NCBI GenBank assembly: GCA_002633005.1
Contig: NMRA01000170.1
Coordinates: forward strand, 196,707 to 260,706
Direction: 5' to 3'
DNA: 64,000 nucleotides
Origin: Phoronis australis
Taxonomy: Eukaryota; Animalia; Phoronida
The translations under genes were made by a program, and so were the position numbers. Each line of letters opens with the position of its first letter. Position 1 is the first letter of the stretch. The notes under the pieces were generated by a model that saw nothing but the letters and a program-made list of their open reading frames with translations, ran no database searches and was not told where the DNA came from. Positions 38,702 to 52,464 of the stretch are shown here, piece after piece.

Positions 38702-41152
38702 CATAGACATCTTAATACATAGACCGGGCGCGCGCCACTCAGATACATGCAGCTCGCGTTGTCAATATGACGCCATATTGGAGAGTGCTACACAGGACTA
38801 AAATGGCGGAAAACACTGGGAGCCCTACGGCAGCAGTCAGAAAATCGGCGGGCTCGCAGTGTTATGCTTGCAGCCAAAGAGTTACGATTTTTGGTCCTGC
38901 CATTGAGTCATGGGTTTTTTGGTTCGGCCATGGAGTTTATTGGTGCTGCAACTAGGTTTTAATGTTCCGCCACCATAATTTAAGCGGAGCGACTATATGC
39001 GTTATTTCCACATCAGTCTTGATGATTGAAACCATAAAAGATCAATTAAAAAGATAATTAATGACCAGCATATGCTTATTATCCAATGATGATGCTGTTT
39101 TCTAATTATATTTAAGTAAATATTTAGTATTATTGACAATCATACTTGTGCAGAAAAATAACATCCCCGAACTTTCTCGCCAGCCGGGGCATTGAAATCA
39201 GTACATCTAAGTGAATAGTGTATTCTCTATTGAAATTTATACTGCTTTAAAAACTCATTTCTTACTATGTATTCCAAAATCAGATATTTTCTGTTGAGTC
39301 AAAACAAACAAATCTCTGCAAAATATGTACTTATGTCGAAGTTGATATTGGAAATTTTGTATATTTGCACTGCTGGCTAACGAGCTCTCTGATTTGTGAC
39401 GAAACTTGTGCAAAAAGTAATGTGCATAATAACCAAAATATCAAACCAGTACGAATTGCGCATCCAACCTTTACCCAAAATACAGAATTTCCCACTCGAA
39501 ACCGAATGGAAATATACCCAACCTAGCCGATGTAGCCGCATTAATTATGACTCCGTAAAAAAATGACCCCGGTTAGTTTTTTTACAGGATCTAAATTTAA
39601 TGTGAAGAATGTTCAGCCCATGAAAAAATGACCCCACGTCCGTGAAAACTTGTCCCGTCATAATTCAACGATTCCTCGCAACAGGGGCATGGGATAAGCA
39701 AACAGAGTGCGTGAGAGAAGAATTTATTTTAAATTTCTCGGCCTGAGGGTCGCGCAGTAGGCCTACGCATATCAGGTTAAGAGCGGGGATGGACAGAAAC
39801 AGTCCGAAATAATGTTTGCCGGAGCGGGGCTGATCTCTTTGTGAGCACACGTTGTGGGGATACTACAAAACGCCAACAAGTGCCTGGTGCTTGATCGGGG
39901 GGACTTCAGATCCGTGAGAGAGGAATATCGAGCGTGCGAGAAAAATATTTGTTTGTTGCCAATTCCGAGCGATGCACAGGAAAGGAATTGAGTCTGTTCT
40001 TTGTTTTCTACGTTACGACGACCTCCCGTTGAGTCTAACTTGTTAAGTTGTATATCACAACAAGTTGGGCGGATAACCGCTGTAGACAACTGATTAAGTC
40101 CATTCTGGCAATTAGGATTAGAGGATCTCTGTCAGCTCTCTTTTGTACGATAATTGCTCTAATCTTCGATAACATCTTATCTTATATCCCCTCTGGGCTG
40201 TGCTGTTAAAAATAAGTTAAGTTATAAAATGTTTGAACATAAACCAATGACATTTCTGAATTTCCCATCAAATACTGAACTAGCTTATAGTTTTTGAATC
40301 ACCAAAATCGCCCAACTACAATCGAAATTAAAACAATATCCGAACGTATCAACGTACTGGGTTTGACTGTGTTCACGTGTGATCGGTTATAATATAAGCC
40401 TGGTAATAATTTATCTGCATGTTGTCGTACCAGAAAAAAGACTATGCTCGGCAGTTAACAAAGGAGCTACATGTAAATATTATCACACGCTCACAACCGC
40501 TGTACTGAACGGGAGAACGCCCTAATGAACTTTAAAAACTGTATATTTATTTATATGACCCAAATGAAATCATTTTTCACAGTAGTTCACATAAAATTTA
40601 GACTCCATTAAAAGCGACCCGGGTCATATATCAATTTTACATAGTTACCCGGGGTCATTGTTCAACACTCTGTGAAAAGGCTTACTGGGGCACAACGAAG
40701 GTATGTCCCGAGTGAGCGGCACTTCTCCTGGATATAATGTTTTTGCATCGAGTGACACGAATTAAATGATAAAGTTGCGCGGCCTCAGTGGTTTCTCTTG
40801 AAAAGAACGAAAAAATAAAACGCTCGCAGTGGATTGACAGGCGTGCAGCCGCTCAGGCCACTCGAAAATCTGCCACTGGTTGCGATCTTCTAATAGTTTG
40901 ATATTTTCCCTATCGAGTGATTAAATCTTAAAAAACGCCTGTAAGTGCTACATCACATGTTTTTGTATGCTTCTGGAAAAAATCATTTTCATTGGCCTCT
41001 TTATTTGTTAGATATCGCGCTTTGAAAAGGACAATTTGCCCCGTTTTTTACACGACAATTAGCCGTGTCACATGACTATAGTACCACTCTCCAATATGGC
41101 GTCAAGTTGTCAGCGGCAGGAGCGCGTGCGCCCGGTCTATGTCATGTCTATG
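38702..41152. mobile_element. 2451-bp non-autonomous TIR transposon with CATAGAC ends and an 8-bp TSD (P- or hAT-like)
   Basis: catagacat...catagaccgggcgcgcgc...tgacgccatattggagagtg versus cactctccaatatggcgtca...gcgcgtgcgcccggtctatg...atgtctatg. Flanks are actgcagc and actacagc (one mismatch). Confidence 0.8.
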
Positions 41153-43199
41153 ACTACAGCACTGATGCTCGATAGAGGAATTTCCACTCAACATCGCCTA
41201 AACATGTAAAAATGCTTTCGTTTCTTGACTCTTCTCGTACGTAACCAGCCAGCTGGTTTCCACTCGTAACCGGCTAAATTAGAATCAATGCAAAACACGA
41301 CTCTGTCTTGAGTCAATTAGAAATATTACAAAACCTTCGCTAGCGGGTGTCCTCATAATTCTGGACTGTTTCCGTGGAAACCTGTTTTGTCCATAATGCT
41401 ATCGCCCACAAAAACGTCCGTAGGCCGTAAGCTTTCACGAACTAACCTAGTAACCTATAGTAAGGGTCAATCAACTAGAATGTGTAAACTGCCACTGACC
41501 TATTTCGTTTGTGTCGTCCTGTTTGTTGACTTACCGCGAAAAGAATGACATCTCCGAAGACCTTAACTCGGTTTAACCTAGGAACCAATCTCATATTGAT
41601 TCCTAGGTTTAACATAATGATATAAACGCTTTGTAAGTGAAAGCTTTTTATGCGGTGCTCGAAAACCGATAACTCACGTTCTCAGTTGGCACAGTAATGA
41701 GTGGAGCGTAAAATACCGACCTCTATAATGAACCCAAGACAAATATTTTAAAGTTACCTAAGGGGATATAGTATCTTTGCCCAAGGCGACCCTGGGCGAC
41801 AAAAAAACGAAACCTACGACGACAACAATTTGAAAGTAGGAAATACAATTGATTAGAGTTAACCCTAGACTTTTGAATGGATGAAAGAAATGTTAAAATT
41901 CATTGAGTTGTAAAGGATCTGAGCTAAACATAGAAATTGGCAAGAGATGAAATATAACGTCTCTTTAAGTGTGTGCCCGTAGTAAAATGCACAACGCGCT
42001 ACCTGCACCCGGTACTTTGGAATAATGAACAATTGATGAACTGGGACTTTGTACTTACACGCAAGCGTTCGTAGCTCAAAATCCACTGAGAAGATGTCTG
42101 GTCAACAAGCGCCTGGAATCCCTGCCTTAGCGCAACTGACCTCGTTGTGAAGCGTGATCAACGACACGGTGATAAAATCGTCATGGTACGTTCATTTTTT
42201 ACTACGTAAGCCAACACTACGTGCCAACCGACTAGAGCGACGTCTTTCGTGAAAATGTGGTACGATAACAATTGACCTATCGCAAGCTTAGAGGTATGGT
42301 TTTTGATGACCGTGGGCCGGTGGCCTCTTGTTCAAGTTATTGCTATTGACGACTGTGTATACATGTCCGACGGTTGCTCAACCTGCATGTAACTATATAT
42401 TGACAGTTGGCAAAAACGGTTTCTGCGATTTTTGGCAAACACTAGAGTGGGTCAGAATTCATGTGAATATTAAGCAAGTAAACCGATATAATACAGAAGT
42501 GTGTACACAAGTTAATAAAAGAAATTATCGACAGATTGACGTAATGAAATTGCAAGCCCCGTCTTTTATGCTCTACCAGTTGCCCGTCAAGAATCTGCAC
42601 GCATGTCTTCGTAAATACCGAATTTCAATTCTTGTAAGTTAACATCTTGCAAAAGGCGTACTATGCATCCCTTTAGGTTTTATATTTTGTCTTTATATGA
42701 TGGCCATCATGTCATAGTTAGTTTCTTCTGTCTTCTAACCTGAAAGAATTCATTGGTTTCTGATATACGTGTTTATACATCTGTCGATAAAATCTCCATC
42801 ATCCAATCCTGAAAATCAAGTGTGCAAAAGACAAGTTTTGCGAATTGCCAATGTGAAATAACCCTCTGGATAAATTAGTATGTCGGTGAATTTTGACGTA
42901 CGTTGGTAAAATGCGGACAGTTCTATGTCCTTCGTCATGTCAAGCTAGCTAAAACCAAAAATATACTGGGCCTCTTACTCTTTAACTCTTTTGCATTTAT
43001 AATTCCATAACGCTAATGTTTCATGAACAAATAATATAATTTTCAACTTTTGTGCTGGAATTCAGGACATGCAACACTCTATTATGCTTCTTGTATTATG
43101 ATTTTATGTACCAAGATAGCCAAATTATTAGTATTAGTAGGTTTATTTCATGTAACAGGCCTCCGGCCCACATTAAAAATACCGGTATGTAATACATTG

Positions 43200-44075
43200 A
43201 GAGCACAAGATTTTTCAAATCTAAATTAATTCATATCAAGGAACTCATTTCAAAAAGTTTCTCCGCATTAATTAAATTTCTAGCAACTTTTCTCGGGAGA
43301 GTTAAATCATGAGTCTGTAAAAAAAATTCTGAACACTATCTCCTCCACCTTATCGTATCTTGGTAACAGCACACGTAGATCAGAATATAAATTACATTCG
43401 AGAAGAAAATGCAATTCTGTTTCCACTTGCCCACTGTCACAGCAGGGACATATTCTCTCCTCTCTGTCAAGTCCACTAAATCTTCGATGAACAATCATTA
43501 AAGAATGCGCCGAGTATCTGAATCTTGCGAGGGGTATTCTGTGAAAACTATTTTCTAGACATAACCTCTTCCTGATGTTATGTATTTTTCTACTACAAAA
43601 TTACAATTAACTATTTTATAAACATCTACCGATTGAGAAAATATAGTCTCTCCAATCCTGGATGTCAATACCAAAAGTATCTTTGTTGAAATTCACTTAT
43701 AAATGAGGCAACATCTCCAAACCTTACTTGTATCCAACAACTCCAAAACCATAAGTAAATAACAATAGTTTAACATTTAGTCTTTTAGAGCCCAGCAACA
43801 CTTATTTTGCTCATCCATTTCATATTACACATTATAGCACGCACTAACATAACGATGGCTTGGCAATTTGATAATATTTAACCAGTATTTAACAATTCTC
43901 AATAATAGATGTACCTTCATTGTCACTCTACCAAGCTCTCCCCTCACTGCAGCGTTTGAGACATGCTGTCCACGTCCCAACAAAATTTTTCAAAATTTAT
44001 TTTGCATGATTGCAATGTCTTGTGCCGGATGAAATCCCCAAATCTCATAACCATACAACCACATTTGCACAGGAA
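43200..44075 (-). mobile_element. Decayed LINE ORF2 3' fragment (post-RT region and C-terminal zinc knuckle)
   Basis: Minus strand reads WLYGYEIWGFHPAQDIAIMQNKF*KFLLG...SNAAVRGELGR...IVKYWLNI and ARFRYSAHSLMI...REERICPCCDSGQVETELHFLLECNLYSDLR. Homologous to, but distinct from, the tail of the LINE at 14558. Confidence 0.85.
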
Positions 44076-44752
44076 TGTCATTGTATTTAAACATGTGCTT
44101 TTGAGCACAAAACTAATAATAAGCTTCTCTTAAAAAACATTATTCACAAGTAGCATTTCAGTTGCAGGAAACACGCAATTTGAACAAGGCCATCAGTGCT
44201 TCCGGTCCATTTATTTTTTTGCCTATTTTACGTTTTCTGCCTCTTTTTACTGGTCACGGAACATAACATCTAAATATCAAAACCTTAAATTTTCGGGTTT
44301 GTGGTGGACTTGTAAAAGGTAATCGTTCCCATCACTAATTTGTTTCTGTGTCTACGAACACCTCTCTTAAAACGCTGTTGGCACTCGTGGTTAGAAGGTT
44401 ACGATGGTAGGTTAATATTTGTGGTGAAAACAAACACATCAAAACTTCAATCCCTGTTCGTTCAACATTTTGTGGCGGATTTGTAAAGCTTGCTCAGGAC
44501 TCTTAAAATGGTAAGGTAAAACCGTTATCTTCGAGCCTTTAGGCCCATGGGCCTATATCAGAATTCCTTGACAGCCTTTTTGGTCCGTATGTTGGCGCAA
44601 GCAGTTGCGCACAAACATTTATGAACCTAATGGTACGGCAATAGGGTTGTGGTATTAGAAAGAAATGGAGCGACATTAGTAACTGTTGGAGAAAATGTCT
44701 ATTGGAAAAAATAGGACGCATTGATAGCCGGATTACTGTTTCCTTTGCAGTC

Positions 44753-47700
44753 TTAATTATCATAATGTGAAAACCATCTCTCTGTCTCTGATTTCGTTGC
44801 TTTCGTCCATGCAAAGAAGCCTGCCTGCGTCAAGTCATCTTTCAACTTTGCCTTGATCTCATCAGATGGCGACACAAGGGGTAGACGAGCTGGGCCAAGG
44901 TTTACACCAGAGAAACACATAATGGCTTTACCAACAGCTAGATCCCCGCCTGGAGAGATGGAATGATATGGACAGTTAAGACAATTTTCAAAAGAGCAAT
45001 TAGAGACCATTGCTTTTTCTATAAATCTATATCTAGATTGTTTTCACAACAGTTGGGCTGTTACAAAATTCCAAAACTTTCAAAACACATCTCCGTGTTG
45101 TAGCTTACACGAGTATACCGAAATACAAGTAATGTTTATTGTCTATAAATGCAAGAGAAGACTGAACTCATGCACTCGTGCAGGCCCTTCGGTCTCGATG
45201 AAACATTCCCAGATGAAATGAATTCTCGATAAAATATGACAGTAGAGTATTCCTATGTATGTGGGATAACCTATACTTACCGTATTTGCGACAAATTTCT
45301 TTGGTTGTGTTAGTCTTTTGCTGAAAACGAAAACATTTGATTACTGGTTGCATGGAATTAATAATGAATTTAAAATTCTGCTGGTATGCCATTTCGTGTT
45401 TCAGATTTTCTCGTATGAATATTGGAGGTCGGAAACTCAGTTGCGGTTAAAATGCACACACATACCTGCCATGTTCTTGCATTCGCCATATCGCCAGCGA
45501 GAAATGCCTCGCGAATTCGATTGTTAACCGCGCCCATGTACGATTGCACAACGCTGAGCTCAACTCCAATGGACAGAGCTGCTAGATACTGGAAAGGAAT
45601 TCGTGAAATCTTATACGCATTGCTGTTTTTTTTTGCATGAAATTGATTTCTATAACATGCAACAACAGTGATGACTACGGCTACGACTACCACGACGTGG
45701 ACACTGATAATGAAGATGATGGCCGTTGTAATGTCAGTGGATAATGATGATGATGACGATGTTGATGATGATAATGACAGAGGTGCTGATGTGGTGGGGA
45801 TGACCATAACGTTGATGGGCGATGTTGTTAATGGGCGATGTTGACGATGGGCGATGTTGATGATAGACGATGTTGTTGATTGGTGATGTTGTTGAAGATG
45901 ATGTTGTTGGTGATGATGTTATTGTTGCTTGTCGTGATTTTGGTGACGGTGATTATGATGATGATGATGTCATACCAGCTAAATGTACAATGTTTTGTTT
46001 ACCTCGCCTGATCCGTCAAGAACCTGTAGACTGTTGTCGACCATTCTTGTTAGCATCAAACTGGATGTACTTGGGCACGAATGTTTTATGCCACGAAACG
46101 TCGGAATATCGGTCATACTTAGCTCGCATACTCTGTAGTTTTTCGCTTAAAAATATAGAAACTGTGTTAATGTGAAAGTGGCCAGTCGAAAGATGACAAA
46201 CGGATTGGTCACAGAGTTTGAATCTAGTCATTGAAACACTAATGTCGGAACATATATTTCTTCACTGTGATTGGACATGGCCTGTAATGGTGAACGAAAC
46301 GTTATGAACAAGGGCAAAATTATTTAACATATCGACACTGTCCTTCAGTGTGAACGTGCACGGTTGTTTGATACAAAGGAATCAGCTACATACTGTGAGC
46401 ATTTGTTCGGATTTTGTTGGCCTGCGACAACGCAATAAAATACGTAGTAGGTCTACGGCCTTTGTTCGAAAAGGTTTTACGGAAGCAAGCGAATTTTTCG
46501 CATGGAGCATGCCATGGAAGGAAACTATAAGTAGTTTATTAGGGTGAAATTGATAAGTCGCCCAACTATTCGCAATCAAGAACATGCGCACCAGACTCAC
46601 ACGAAAATCCATTCCACAATAATTTAATATGCAAAGACTCACGTGTTATTCCAGTCATTTGACTTATGGCATAATAGAAGAACGGTGTATTGGGTGCGGC
46701 TGCTGCGATTGGCTTCATATACTCAACGACTGCTTCTGCAATTGCCAATTCATGGATTAAATAGGCTAAACTTAACACTGCATGCATAACGATAGTGGTT
46801 ATGGTTTTCACTCTTTAACTTTTCGTAATTTATCATCCAAACGAAAGTTGCCTAGTTTTTTCGGCTGTTGATACCGTTTTGCAGTATATCGATAATGTAT
46901 TTTAAGAAAAACACCTTAATGACAAAACAATACCATGTGACAATAGATATGACATATCTAATTTTTGTTAAATTTACCTTCCGTTTTCGGTTTATAATAG
47001 GACGGGGAAATGGCGGCTATAGCGTCGACACCAATCGACTGGGCATGTGCTGCTAGTTCAATACTGTCTCTCTGGTTTCCTCCACCGACGTGAACAATGA
47101 TGCATCGTAACCTTGGGAAACATTCAAAATACTTAAATTGGCAATACTTAACACATAAATAGCCCAATCGAGACTAAAAATAAAAATTGTCGTGTTATGC
47201 TTCAAATACGTCTCATATTAACTTATCCATTTGGAGTTGACTAAATACTATCTCTGTCATATCACCAACATGCCATAAAACACCTTCATTGCTTCAAGAC
47301 AAGTGATAGCCAAAAAGAAAGATGCTCACTTTCCTTCGGATGTTTTCATCCAGGCCTCCGCCATTGTTTTTCTTTCTTCGATTGTTAGGGAAAGTCCTTC
47401 TCCAGTTGTTCCGTTGACTGTAAAATGACGTCAATGGAAAGTCGCGCTTTTCTATAAATACGACACTTAAGACGTCTGTTTACCCACGTTTCACAGTCCA
47501 CGAAGCGAACTTTTAATTTAGACCACTTACCGTTTCCATTTTGTTTCTTACTTAGATGAGAAGTGATGTGTGGGTTCGCAAAGAGAAAGTAGTTCGTCAA
47601 TCCTTGAGACCATGTTCGTCGCATAAAATCACGACAAAATGACGTGTTCCATTTTAAAATACACGGTAATATCTCACGTAATCTCGAGAAGTCTTGCTTT

Positions 47701-50700
47701 TTAGCGAGGTCCTAAAGTTACTTAACCGCATGGGGTGGGTAAGTTAAAAAAGTTTCACAATCCATTGCTTTTGAAAGGGTATGTCAGCCTTTCTACACTG
47801 GGGCGGCCTGTGAGGAAATGTTTATGTCCGCTTTTGGTAAGGTTAATTTTAAATATATGTAACTTACTGAAGACGTTGGATATTCCCTGGCTCTGTATGT
47901 GGTCGACGTATTCATCCAGTACTTCAGGATTGATGTCACTGAATTAAAAATACTTGCATTACCAACGATCAAGCATGTTACATGTAACCTTATCCGTGAC
48001 TTTGTTTTCAACAGGTTAAAACATCAATCGAAAGATCATATAGGTTGGAGTATTTCGTAAATTAAAGCTTCATTGTATTTGCTTTTTCTGCTATCAAAGT
48101 TCATAGAAAGCGGAGTTCAGTGTTATCTGCTGCTCTCAGGTGAGCTGTTATGAGTAGGCCAGCTCTCCATCAAAATAACTCCTGATTTAAAGCATTTCTG
48201 GATATAAAACACTTCCCAGTCCGTTTTTTTTTTACCTAAATTGGGCGTATTTAGGGCTCATAAAGTGACAGTTTGTTTTTACTTGAGAGCAGGCTCAGTC
48301 AACGTAAGTTGGCTTGTCACGGCGGGTCATTGTACTGCATCAAGCATGATCTCACTTGCACAGGCACCAATTTTATCTGAGCACTGGAAACAAACTGAGA
48401 GGAGTCAAAGCAGAATGTAAATCAAGAGTTTGTTTTTGACGGAACCCCGGTGTAGAGTAATATTCAAACGTGAAAATTTTCAATGTGTCATGTTGAAAGA
48501 GAGTCACGATTTGTAAATAAGCTTTTGATTTGCGTTAATACTTGTAGTTATCTGTTACAATGAGCCGGAAGACGGAGAAGTGATCGTAGTGTATATATAT
48601 ATATATACATGTATATACAAACAGTTAAGCGCCATATTTACCCGTTGTCTTTCATTGGAGTGAATGGGGCAGTAACAAGTCCCTTGACACTGAAAGCTGA
48701 CAAGGATGGCTGCAATAGATCGAAACGTCAGAAGAGGATATGTCGATTGTTGTGCCTTCGTATAGGTAGACAAAATTAAAATAAACGTTACTGTAATACT
48801 CTAGGGCATAGCTTGATATGGGGGACAACTGATGATTCCACCTCCTCAGTCACTTGCTGCAACAAGGAACACAAGTAAAAATGTGCCTGAAGTTTATTGT
48901 TAGTTGAAATTGTTACTTACTCGCACGCCACCTATTGGTCACATCACGTGACCTCATGAACATATCTGAAAAGATTTCCTCCCCGGGAATGCGTTCAGTA
49001 GGACCTACGCTAGGACCTAGCTAAAATCTAGCCAACGTCACGTGTTCTCATTTAAAATACACGGCAATATCTCACGTAATCTCGCGAAGTCTTGCTTTTT
49101 AGCGAGGTCCTAGAGTTACTGAACGGGAGGCGGGACTGTGCTCGAACCCTGGATCTGCTAATTTGTGCAGACACTCTAGTCCACTGAGCCATTGGGACCA
49201 TTGGTCGAGCACAGAAATTCAACCAGACTTAGCAGTGGGCTGCACTATCTCGGTCATAAACTCGTAAATCAAGTTGAACCAGCCAGCAAAGATCGAAAGC
49301 ATGTTTGAAGTCTTGATGGCGTACAGCCCAGACTTGGAAAAATGTTGCAATATTTCCACGATGGTTCAAGATTTACATATTCGTGCCAGGTTAACTTATT
49401 AATACACCCAGTCATCGTCATAAGAGATTTAGCATCAAATCGCAACATAAAAAGGTTTCGAACTTCTGATATTTGGCCGGTTGAAAGTTCAGTGGCGAAA
49501 TCTGACAACCTAGGGGAAGGGCGCGTAGATGTGGAATAGACAGCTTAGTTAGTGCTCGGAGAATGACGACAACAAGACATGACAGTGTTTGTGTCAAGCT
49601 TCCTGTTCGGCACAAAAGAAATGCAGAAATCCGACGTTCTGTGCGGCGCAGTATCCTCTAAAAACCTCTTCGTCACGCGTGAACTCGCCAATTTCAGCAA
49701 GAGACATTTTGAAAGTGGTAGGCACGTGCACAATACAATTTATACCATTAAGTGTACGTGCTTGAAATGACCGTCTCACAACTTTCAGTGTCATATTATT
49801 TATGAATATTCACATTTTATTGGTTAACTTCGAAAAGAGTGACTTTCCTTAGGTTTTTGAACCACTCCCACGGTGCTGATAGCAGTGGCAGAACTCACAA
49901 TCATTTTGGCGGCATTTGAAACTTTCCCACGGGAATCAATAGTGTCCGCAAAACTTTAAACGTTTTTCAAATTATCCACCGAAGACCTCCTACTTATGCG
50001 ACGTTTATGACCGTCAAAGGCTTATTCTGGGTTGGAAAGTTTTGGCGCATTGATAGTTAAAAATGTCAAGTCATTTTCCAATGAACTAAAGCATGATTTA
50101 CGGCAGCATATGCCTTTCCCCACTTTGTCAAGTCCTGATGAAGTACCGGTCTCGGGAATTGTACACATATTACGATAAACCGTGCAGAAATAAAAGACTA
50201 CGCCCAATCATCTCAGTCGTTATTTAAAACTGTATATTCTATCATAATTTTCCTAAAAACATTTCCTCAGAGTGACATGCCCGGCTTCAGAGTGATGCTT
50301 CACGGATTACTGCGGATTTTTTCACCGACGCCCGTCTTTTTCCTCTTCTCCATGTCATCATAAGGTATGGTCACTTTGTTCACCGGACATTCCATTGCAC
50401 CCACCTAAACAAGGTGTCGACAAGCATCAAGTTCCATTCATTTTTGTCTTGGTTACACATCCAATAATATTCGGCCGATTCCACCGGCTCATTTGTATCA
50501 CATGCATGTGTGTCGGTATTGATATTGTCGTACTTAACATATTACGTTGTCGCCGGGACGACAATATTTGTCGTACTGTAACAGAAACCTAGCACAATCA
50601 TGCCATTTTCACCAGAACAGTATAAACGATTGAGTGGTTTTTGACGCCGACGCCTGACCGGCACCCAACTGTCGCCCCATATGCATCCCGCCAGGTCGTC

Positions 50701-52000
50701 GAACTTGGTGGGAAGGTTCATGTGACTGAAACATTACGAAGCTCGTTTCATCAGTTTCGTTTTACTTATTTGCAGCTTTAAAAAATCATCACCTGGTGAT
50801 ATCTACTGAGTAGTAAAAGGGTTTCATACTTTTGGCCTTTAAGACCGCTCTATTGAACTTCCGAAAACTCCCAACAATTTAAATGACAATTACAGTGACT
50901 CATTGCCAACTGGCACCATCTTTGGAGATTTCATTGGCGTGCTGCATAGAAATCAACGTTTCATAATACCCCGATGAAATACGGATGAAGTACGAAATCC
51001 AAAAATGTTAGAATAGGGCGCACTCGCTATTTTATGAACATTTACCGTCATTTTACAGCACACCTGTGTACCGTACCCAAAAATGTGGAGTACTCTCGGG
51101 CTAAATATGTGGTGTCTTTAAAATAGCAAAGCGTGAGAGGATGCATATTCCAAACCTGCCTATAATTGAACTTCTGAAAGAATTGTTACGAAGAAGGGCA
51201 GTGTCTTAAAAAGGTCAACGAGACCTTCAGTTTTACAATGCAAGTTGTATAGTGTGTTGTTTTCTTGCGCACATTGATTTCGCAACACGTTGAGGGGTTG
51301 GCGGCGACGTTCGATTTCATTTACAGCCAGCAGACTACGTTAGTTTGTGTTTATAGGCGCTTTCACAAACCCGTTTTACAAACTTTTGTGGATGGTTCGA
51401 ACATGCCCTCTGAGGTAATACGCTGCCAAGTACAAATTCAAGTTCGAATTTTCGATGTTAGGCTTTTAGTGAAAAATCTGTAATCTGTTGTCCATACTAC
51501 AATTTCAGTAATACACTGTGTGATAGCCATCAACATCAGTATGAACTACTTTACAACTGGAATGATCCTTCGATACTCATATTTAAAGGAATGTGTATCA
51601 AAAGTTAAAAACGAGACAGCTTTACTTGCCTTTCGGAAAAATTTCGTCAACTGCAAAGGATGAAACGTTTCCTTACCCTCTAAATGAATACACACAATCG
51701 CCGGTAGGTGTCAGGCATTCCTATGACGTCACTGTACTGGTAAACAGACTGGCAACCAATGACCTATATTCATCTCATTGCTGGCAACAAAGTCGTCAAA
51801 AATACTCTAACTTCAAAGTCAATTAATTAAAAATTGAATGAAGATATGGCAAAATGAACAGCATATATCAATTTCAACACGCCTTGTGAACACACGGATA
51901 CTAAAATCATAATTCTAGGTTGACAATTAAAGAATTTATGGTGGGTTAAAGTGTGACCGCTACGTCCGACTTGTGTCGTTACCTTCTTCTTAGTTTCCAT
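44753..52000 (-). CDS. NPL: N-acetylneuraminate lyase (NAL/DHDPS class I aldolase) family protein, divergent, about 324-336 aa
   Basis: Exons 52000-51983 (METKKK, tentative), optional micro-exons 51650-51630 and 48856-48842, then 48709-48642 (KGLVTAPFTPM), 47938-47868, 47417-47330 (INGTTGEGLSL), 47111-46978 (IIVHVGG), 46735-46643 (TPFFYY), 46145-46003 (IPTFRGIKHS, Schiff-base Lys), 45588-45466, 45320-45281 and 44949-44753 (GPARLPL). Phases are consistent throughout. Confidence 0.88.
45740..45970. repeat. Degenerate (GAT/GTT)n trinucleotide low-complexity tract in an NPL-like intron
   Basis: gatgatgatgacgatgttgatgat...gatgttgttggtgatgatg. Confidence 0.8.
47641..47728 (+). repeat. Partial copy of the small MITE at 48992-49125
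   Basis: acgtgttc...aaaatacacgg.aatatctcacgtaatctcg.gaagtcttgctttttagcgaggtccta is shared with about 49040-49113. Confidence 0.75.
48992..49125. mobile_element. Small MITE (about 134 bp)
   Basis: Inverted ends cgttcagta..ggacct.gctaaaa and ttttagcgaggtcc...tactgaacg. A second partial copy lies at 47641. Confidence 0.6.
49128..49199 (-). mobile_element. tRNA-derived SINE head (degenerate tRNA-like sequence)
   Basis: Minus strand ggtcccaatggctcagtggactagagtgtctgcacaaattagcagatccagggttcgagcacagtcc contains Pol III A box TGGCTCAGTGG and B box GGTTCGA. The stems are not intact. Confidence 0.55.
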
Positions 52001-52215
52001 CGTGCTTGTAAAGGTTACGAATGAAAGTAGATAGGTTCTTGACTTTGTGATCAATCGTGAACCCCGCAGACAACGGTTATCATATTTATTGAGATGATAA
52101 AGGTGAGTGTACCTGCTCAATGCGCACGCATCAGGTTGCGTTGACTGTTATCGCCACCTTGCTGTAACACAGTATACTACTTCTTATTCCCAGCAGTACT
52201 TGGCTGAGGCGAACA

Positions 52216-52464
52216 CAGAGGCGGATCTATTTTTGATCCTGTCCCGAAGAGGGGGGGGGGGGNCGGGACAGGATCAAAAATAAAAATTGAAAAAAAAATT
52301 CGCCAGGAAAACGAAATAATTAGCTACTAAAAACCACAAAAAATCTCACACGGGAGGAGGGAAACCCTCTCCCCGACCTTCCTGGCCCTCGGAGCTAAGT
52401 GCCTCGGATTCGCTGCAATCCTAACCCCCCCCCCCTAATTACTGAAAACGTAGTTCTGCCACTG
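52216..52464. mobile_element. MITE with hAT-like CAG ends and a near 5-bp TSD (gaaca/caaca)
   Basis: Termini cagaggcggatcta...tagttctgccactg, with an internal hairpin atttttgatcctgtcccg / cgggacaggatcaaaaat. Confidence 0.6.

Noticed and set aside
45370-46175. ORFs with Ser/Thr/Val-rich or Asp/Val-rich N-termini
   Set aside because: They read through an intronic trinucleotide tract. Only 45466-45588 and 46003-46145 are real exons.
49128-49199. Functional tRNA gene
   Set aside because: A and B boxes are present but the acceptor, anticodon and T stems do not pair, so it is treated as a SINE head.
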